DNA of 64,000 bases from Eledone cirrhosa (Eukaryota): assembly GCA_964016885.1 (NCBI GenBank), contig OZ024761.1, positions 5,642,001 to 5,706,000 of the forward strand, given 5' to 3'. Of the stretch, positions 55,799-64,000 are shown piece after piece; positions within the stretch are counted from its first letter, which is position 1; every line of letters starts with the position of its first letter. Made by a program: the position numbers and the translations under genes. The notes under the pieces were generated by a model. The model was not told where the DNA came from, made no database searches, and saw nothing but the letters and a program-made list of their open reading frames with translations.

Positions 55799-56641
55799 CC
55801 CCCCTCCGACATTCCCCCACCCTCCGACACTACCCGACATTCCCCCACCCCTCCGACACTACCCGACATTCCCCCACCCCTCCGACACTACCCGACATTT
55901 CCCCACCCCTCCGACACTACCCGACATTCCCCACCCCTCCGACACTACCCGACATCCCCCACCCCTCCGACACTACCCCGACATTTCCCCAACCCCTCCG
56001 ACACTACCCCGACATTCCCCACCCCTCCGACACTACCCGACATTCCCCCACCCCCTCCGACACTACCCGACATTTCCCCACCCCTCCGACACTACCCGAC
56101 ATTCCCCCACCCTCCGACACTACCCGACATTTCCCCACCCCTCCGACACTACCCGACATTTCCCCACCCCTCCGACACTACCCGACATTTCCCCACCCCT
56201 CCGACACTACCCGACATTCCCCCACCCCTCCGACACTACCCGACATTTCCCCACCCCTCCGACACTACCCGACATTTCCCCACCCCTCCGACACTACCCG
56301 ACATTCCCCCACCCCTCCGACACTACCCGACATTTCCCCACCCCTCCGACACTACCCGACATTTCCCCACCCCTCCGACACTACCCGACATTCCCCCACC
56401 CCTCCGACACTACCCGACATTTCCCCACCCCTCCGACACTACCCGACATTCCCCCACCCCTCCGACACTACCCGACATTCCCCCACCCCTCCGACACTAC
56501 CCGACATTCCCCCACCCTCCGACACTACCCGACATTTCCCCACCCCTCCGACATTCCCCCACCCCTCCGACACTACCCGACATTCCCCCACCCCTCCGAC
56601 ACTACCCGACATTTCCCCCACCCCTCCGACACTACCCGACA
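55799..56641. repeat. 28-30 bp C-rich minisatellite, about 30 copies
   Basis: CCCCACCCCTCCGACACTACCCGACATT(T/C). Confidence 0.96.
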
Positions 56642-56736
56642 AGGTGGGGAGGGTGTTAAGTGGGGGAGGGGTAGGGTTGTTAGATACCCTCCACTAACAA
56701 TATCTGTACTGTTGTATATTTGGGTCACATTTCTCT

Positions 56737-58687
56737 CTGTATATGTGTATGTGTGTTTGGGTGTGTGTGAGTGTATATGTGTATGTGCGTGTGTGTATAT
56801 GTGTATGTGTGTTTGGGTGTGTGTGAGTGTATGTGTATGTGCGTGTGTGTATATGTGTTTGTGTGTTTGGGTGTGTGTGAGTGTATATGTGTATGTGCGT
56901 GTGTGTATATGTGTATGTGTGTTTGGGTGTGTGTGAGTGTATATGTGTATGTGCGTGTGTGTATATGTGTATGTGTGTTTGGGTGTGTGTGAGTGTATAT
57001 GTGTATGTGCGTGTGTGTATATGTGTATGTGTGTTTGGGTGTGTGTGAGTGTATATGTGTATGTGCGTGTGTGTATATGTGTATGTGTGTTTGGGTGTGT
57101 GTGAGTGTATATGTGTATGTGCGTGTGTGTATATGTGTATGTGTGTTTGGGTGTGTGTGAGTGTATATGTGTATGTGCGTGTGTGTATATGTGTATGTGT
57201 GTTTGGGTGTGTGTGAGTGTATATGTGTATGTGCGTGTGTGTATATGTGTATGTGTGTTTGGGTGTGTGTGAGTGTATATGTGTATGTGCGTGTGTGTAT
57301 ATGTGTATGTGTGTTTGGGTGTGTGTGAGTGTATATGTGTATGTGCGTGTGTGTATATGTGTATGTGTGTTTGGGTGTGTGTAAGTGTATATGTGTATGT
57401 GCGTGTGTGTATATGTGTATGTGTGTTTGGGTGTGTGTGAGTGTATATGTGTATGTGCGTGTGTGTATATGTGTATGTGTGTTTGGGTGTGTGTGAGTGT
57501 ATATGTGTATGTGCGTGTGTGTATATGTGTATGTGTGTTTGTGCGTGTGTGAGTGTATATGTGTATGTGCGTGTGTGTATATGTGTTTGTGTGTTTGGGT
57601 GTGTGTGAGTGTATATGTGTATGTGCGTGTGTGTATATGTGTATGTGTGTTTGGGTGTGTGTGAGTGTATATGTGTATGTGCGTGTGTGTATATGTGTAT
57701 GTGTGTTTGGGTGTGTGTGAGTGTATATGTGTATGTGCGTGTGTGTATATGTGTATGTGTGTTTGGGTGTGTGTGAGTGTATATGTGTATGTGCGTGTGT
57801 GTATATGTGTATGTGTGTTTGGGTGTGTGTGAGTGTATATGTGTATGTGCGTGTGTGTATATGTGTATGTGTGTTTGGGTGTGTGTGAGTGTATATGTGT
57901 ATGTGCGTGTGTGTATATGTGTATGTGTGTTTGGGTGTGTGTGAGTGTATATGTGTATGTGCGTGTGTGTATATGTGTATGTGTGTTTGGGTGTGTGTGA
58001 GTGTATATGTGTATGTGCGTGTGTGTATATGTGTATGTGTGTTTGGGTGTGTGTGAGTGTATATGTGTATGTGCGTGTGTGTATATGTGTATGTGTGTTT
58101 GGGGTGTGTGTGAGTGTATATGTGTATGTGCGTGTGTGTATATGTGTATGTGTGTTTGGGTGTGTGTGAGTGTATATGTGTATGTGCGTGTGTGTATATG
58201 TGTATGTGTGTTTGGGTGTGTGTGAGTGTATATGTGTATGTGCGTGTGTGTATATGTGTATGTGTGTTTGGGTGTGTGTGAGTGTATATGTGTATGTGCG
58301 TGTGTGTATATGTGTATGTGTGTTTGGGTGTGTGTGAGTGTATATGTGTATGTGCGTGTGTGTATGTGTGTTTGTGTGTTTGGGTGTGTGTGAATGTGTA
58401 TGTGCGTGTGTGTATATGTGTATGTGTGTTTGTGTGTTTGGGTGTGTGTGAGTGTTTATGTGTATGTGCGTGTGTGTATATGTGTATGTGTGTTTGGGTG
58501 TGTGTGAGTGTATATGTGTATGTGCGTGTGTGTATATGTGTATGTGTGTTTGTGTGTTTGGGTGTGTGTGAATGTGTATGTGCGTGTGTGTATATGTGTA
58601 TGTGTGTTTGTGTGTTTGGGTGTGTGTGAGTGTTTATGTGTGTGTGTATGTGTGTATGTGTGTATGTGTGTATGTGTGTATGTGTAT
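56737..58687. repeat. 56 bp GT-derived minisatellite, more than 30 copies
   Basis: GTGTATATGTGTATGTGCGTGTGTGTATATGTGTATGTGTGTTTGGGTGTGTGTGA. Confidence 0.95.
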
Positions 58688-58727
58688 CTTCGCCAGGTTA
58701 AAGTTCAATTAAATATTTCCCTTAGAA

Positions 58728-59880
58728 CCACCCCCCACCCCCACCACCGCCACCACTAACACCACCACCACCACCGCCACCACTACTAACACCACCACCA
58801 CTAACAACACCACTAACACCACCACCACCGCCACCACTAACACCACCACTAACACCACTAACACCACCACCACTAACACCACCACTAACACCACCACCAC
58901 CGCCACCACTACTAACACCACCACTAACACCACCACTAACACCACCACCACCACTACTAACACCACCACTAACACCACCACTAACACCACCACCACCGCC
59001 ACCACTACTAACACCACCACTAACAACACCACTAACACCACCACCACCGCCACCACTAACACCACCACTAACACCACCACCACCACCACCACCACCACCA
59101 CCACCACTACCACTAACACCACCACCACCACCACCACCACCACCACTAACACCACCACTAACACCACCACCACCACCACAACCACTAACACCACCACTAC
59201 CACCACCACCACTAACACTACCACTAACACCACCACTACCACCACCACCACTAACACCACCACCACCACCACCACCACTAACGCCACCACTAACACCACC
59301 ACCACTAACGCTACCACTAACACCACCACTACCACCACCACCACTAACACCACCACCACCACCACCACCACCACCATCACTAACACCACCACTAACACCA
59401 CCACCACCACCACCACTAACACCACCACCACCACCACCACCACCACCACCACCACCACCACCATCACTAACACCACCACCACCACCACCACCACCACCAC
59501 CATCACTAACACCACCACTAACACCACCACCACTAACACCACCACCACCACCACCACCACCACCACCATCACTAACACCACCACTAACACCACCACCACC
59601 ACCACCACCACCACTAACACCACCACCACCACCACCACCACTAACACCACCACTACCACCACCACCACTAACACTACCACTAACACCACCACCACTAACA
59701 CCACCACCACCACCACTAACACCACCACTACCACCACCACCACTAACACTACCACTAACACCACCACTAACACCACCACCACTAACACCACACCACCACC
59801 ACCACCACCACCACCGCCGCAACCACCACCACCACCACCACCACCACCACCACCACCACCACCACCACCACCACCACCAC
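58728..59880. repeat. (ACC)n with ACTAAC interruptions
   Basis: Directly visible. Confidence 0.95.
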
Positions 59881-60514
59881 ATCAGTAGGTAGTCGTGAAA
59901 GCTAAATTACCGAAACGCGATGACTTCTGCAGCTGTGACCTAGAGATGATGGTGGTGGTAGTGGTGGTAGTGGTGGGAGGAGGGTATTGTACAGGCGGTG
60001 GTGGTGGCGGTGGCGGTGGTGGTGAAGGTGGTGGTGATAGTGGTGGTGATGGTGGTGGTGGTGTTCATGATGGTGTTGGTGGTGCTAATGGTGATTGTAG
60101 TGATGGTGTTGAAGGTATGAGGTTGGTGATGGAGGAGGAGGTGGGGTTGGGGTGTGTATGTAAGAAAGGAGGTCTAGAGAGGGTGATAGTGGGGGTGGTG
60201 GGGGCAATGCTTATTCTGTGTCATTGGTTCCTTCAAACAAGTGTGACAATACTCCACTTACCCCCCACCCCCCGAAGATGTGTCTAGACCTCGTCCCCAC
60301 CCCTCAAATATACAATAAATAGATGTATTCGAAACTGTAACGAGATCTGTGACGAGAACTTGATGAAGTCTGTGACGAGAACTTGACTTGACAACATTGT
60401 TCGTCACATCTCATTGTTTCCTGAACGAGACCAGAAGAAACCAAGAAACATGTTGAGAGTTAACTCCCTTACTGGAACGGTATCCACGTCGTTTGTAGCT
60501 TTCTATGTGTCCGT

Positions 60515-60627
<113 letters not shown>

Positions 60628-60774
60628 CCATCTCGTTTTCGATCGTTTACGACAACTTTTACACATGTCGTAAAACTCCTCTGGTTTCGATCGTTTACGA
60701 CACGTTTTACAACTGTCGTAAAACTCTTTTGGATTATCTCCCTTTCCCTTCACCCTCTCATCTCCGGTTGCTCC

Positions 60775-60824
<50 letters not shown>

Positions 60825-61199
60825 CTTCACTTCGATTGAGACGGCGCGGTACCACTGGGCACCTCCAGACTTAAGTCTAATCGGTTCGCTATAACTATTT
60901 TTTCCTCGATTACTTACTTGCATGTTCCATACTCCTTTGACCCCCACCATTTGGTCTGTTTACCTGTTTTTCCTCTCTCCTCACTACTTTTCCCCTTTTT
61001 TTCTTCTCCTTTTTTCTTTTCTTTCCCTCCTGGCCTTTTGATCGATAAAAGGCCTTGGGCGCGCCGCTGATCACTTTTAGATGTTCTGTATTAAGCGCCG
61101 AAACATCTGTGATCTCGGTTTACAGCTGATGAAGGATTTCTTCTGTTGTTTTGTCCATCTTAAACTTTGTTTACAGTAACCACACAGCTCATTTCGTTT

Positions 61200-61291
<92 letters not shown>

Positions 61292-61295
<4 letters not shown>

Positions 61296-61478
61296 CGTAC
61301 ACACCAGGTCCGAACACAAAAGAACCAAACTCCCAGTCACTGCTTCCGTCCCTCCCGCTCTCCCCATCTCTCACTATTGTGAGCAGATGGGGGTCCACAG
61401 GCTGGCAGCCCCGTGGCGCCGGCGGACAGAATGGAGAAGGCGTTTACCCGGAGAATGGTGAGGGAGATTCGCTGGAAT
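61292..61478 (-). mobile_element. Very short 5'-truncated CRE-like 3' end next to (TA)n
   Basis: [21 protein letters not shown] parallels FQRVSLAVLRGNAFSILTAGA at about 45835-45897. Confidence 0.75.
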
Positions 61479-61843
61479 TGCCGAAGTAATTAAAACAAAG
61501 TTATTGACTAATTTTTGCTATTTTTTTCCTCGTCACACAATTAGTTCTTATTGTTGTTGTTGTTGATATTAACTTAACTATTGTCTTTTCATACAGGTGG
61601 CGTGTCTGAGTTAGTTATTTTCTGAATAAATATAAATAGTAATTCAATCTGGAGTATATTACTGGTATATGTAACAGATAGAAAGGGGGCAGAGAGAATG
61701 AGAGAGAGAGAGGTGGGGAGAGAGAGAAGGGGAAAAAGGAAAGAGAGAGGAGAAGGAGAGGGAAGGAGAGAGATGAGGGGAGAGAAGGTGACAGAGAGAA
61801 GGAGAGAGAGAGAGAGAGAAGGAAAGAAGAGAGAGAATGTGAA

Positions 61844-61878
<35 letters not shown>

Positions 61879-62079
61879 AAGGAGAGAGGTAGTATATGAT
61901 ATTTCTCTGCCAAACAATGTAGATATTTCTGTTCGCCGGATCAATGATGTTTCATTGCCTTGTTACATCTTCTTCCACGTGTTTCACAGTCGCTTTGTTA
62001 ACAGTTTCCAACCATCTTTCTCTACATCCCGCTTCTTTCTCGCTGTTATTTAACATAGCGGGATAATCATTGTTTTGGG

Positions 62080-62268
62080 ACGGTGGATTAGTATTATTGC
62101 TAGGGCGTCGGATAACATGATTTGCAGCATAGAGTTATGACCCTTTACGGTCTGCGTTCAAATCCTGCCGAGGTTAACTTTGCCTTTCATCCTTACGAGG
62201 GTCGATAAAATAAAGTACCAGTAATAAACTGGGATAATTGTTGGCCTTGTACCAATAGTAGAAACAAT
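62080..62268 (+). mobile_element. SINE family A
   Basis: B box and central domain. Confidence 0.85.
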
Positions 62269-62740
62269 TATTAGTCAAACTACACCTCTCTCTTTGCATG
62301 TGACAGAATCACAGACATTTATATATAGATTGTTATTAAATATGTTGTCAAACTTACAGAACAGAGAATGCATGAGAGAGAAAACTGAAACCGTTTCTCG
62401 CTCACTTTTTACATAACTGTGTGACAATAAATCAGATTAAATTTCTTTCCCCTTTGCCTGGATATAAGATGTTGTTTTAAGAAGGAATTTCATATTTTCT
62501 GTACTGCTGCCATATTTTCTCTGTGTCTACTGCACCAGAGAGAACATCTTTATCAGTGGATCTCTCACCACAGACTTCTATTTAGGTTATAGCGCCAAAC
62601 TATTTAAAGACCGATCGTTTTACCATTTATTTACATATGTTAACTTCCCCCTTGATGTAAATTAGGGACGTTATCTAGTAGCAGACAATCCAAAGTGGTC
62701 CATCACCCCCCCCCCCCCCCCAACTGGTTCATCACCCCCC

Positions 62741-62863
62741 AAGGTTAACTTTGCCTTTCATCCTTACGGGGTCGATAAAATATACTACCAGTGATGCACT
62801 GGGGTAGAATTAATCAACTTTCCCCACCTCCAAATTACTGGCCTGCTACCTAAATCAGAAACC
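62741..62863 (+). mobile_element. SINE family A 3' half
   Basis: GGTTAACTTTGCCTTTCATCCTTACGGGGTCGATAAAA. Confidence 0.8.
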
Positions 62864-62883
62864 ATTATTTTAATGTACATATT

Positions 62884-62995
<112 letters not shown>

Positions 62996-63096
62996 CGTGC
63001 GTGCGTGTGTTAGGACCCCGACGGCCGAATCCCGGCCGTTTCGACAGCTTGTAATAATATATGCGAAGACTAACATCCGAAGCGGGCTTGATAAGG

Positions 63097-63169
<73 letters not shown>

Positions 63170-63171
<2 letters not shown>

Positions 63172-63300
63172 TTTCTGAATTTGTTTAGCAAGATTCTTTA
63201 TCTGAAAACCTGTGTTGAAACCGATATTGTTATACTTTGGGAGGGTCATGTTGCCAATAAGAAACACACGCACCAGTTGCTTTCACTCCAATTTATTATA
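63170..63300 (-). mobile_element. PLE terminus with putative ORF start
   Basis: Matches 9163-9293. Confidence 0.75.
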
Positions 63301-63301
63301 A

Positions 63302-63965
63302 ACTAGCAGTGGTACCCGGCGTTGCACGGGATAAGGTATTTTGGAAGGCGGGCCGCCAACAGACCTAATTGTGGAAAAACTGCATGCCTGGACAATATGT
63401 AAAGAAACGAAACCGAATACTCTGATGGCTGGATAATCTTTAAGATTTTCCTCGATGAAGCAGGAAAAATGCAGGTTTTCACCTAATGCGGGCCCTAGGG
63501 GATCCAGAAAAGGAATTTTTTAATGTGCATATTATGCCTTGAAATTTCGGGAAAATCGGCTAGACGTAACGCCCTAAAAAACTGAAAAAATGAAGTTCTT
63601 CACCTAATGCGGGCCCTAGGCCATAAAAAAGTTGGATTTTCTTTGCTCACGGTATGAAGAAGAGACTGACTAATACATAGTTACAATTTCAAGGAAATCG
63701 GTCTGACGTAACGCCTTAAAAAAAACCCTAAAAAGCTTAAAAAACGCAGTTTTTCACCTAATTCGGACCCTAGGAGGTCAAAAAGTTGAAACATAAGTAA
63801 TACACATGTAAAATTTGAAAAAAATCGGTTGGGTACTTCTCGAGATTTAGGGATTCAAACTCACAGACACACACACAGAGACAGACATCCTCAGGGAAGT
63901 GACGTAATGCAGACAGCGAGACATACAGACATATAAGGGCGCGACGTTATATGTATGTATCTATC
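63302..63965. mobile_element. Non-autonomous Helitron-like (Lep1/DINE-type) element
   Basis: Terminal ACTAG with adjacent hairpin CCCGGCGTTGCACGGG; three internal subrepeats (TTCACCTAATGCGGGCCCTAGG..AAATCGG); ACAG microsatellite near the other end. Confidence 0.6.
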
Positions 63966-64000
63966 TAAAAAGAGAAAGACTAAGAATTGTAGAGAGAGAT

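Noticed and set aside
58709-59882. Gly-rich or Val-rich structural protein
   Set aside because: (GGT)n-derived low-complexity repeat
61100-61140. Type II hammerhead (GAAAC...CTGATGA)
   Set aside because: Could not form convincing helices I and II by eye

Overview
Eukaryotic, AT- and microsatellite-rich genomic DNA with one 200-N assembly gap. The SINE types and repeat landscape suggest an octopus or other cephalopod (inference). No host gene could be identified with confidence, and most ORF-track entries are translations of simple repeats. The real coding content is retroelement: a near-intact two-ORF Tx1/L1-clade LINE (33670-39373), a decayed relative (1680-5062), a 5'-truncated but uninterrupted RTE ORF with three C-terminal C2H2 fingers, a decayed CRE-clade element (PHD-RT-RLE), several R4/Dong-like fragments, Penelope-like element (PLE) pieces, tRNA-derived SINEs and a Helitron-like element. 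The main pattern is that each retroelement family sits in its own microsatellite and often stacks head-to-tail: Tx1 in (TATC)n, R4-like in (CATA)n, RTE in (ATGT)n and PLEs in (TA)n. The PLE ends carry at least eight distinct hammerhead-ribozyme-like motifs, some with variant cores. One PLE 3' terminus has produced a CRISPR-looking array of 30-mers separated by (TA)n. All structure calls and coordinates were made by eye, so boundaries are approximate.
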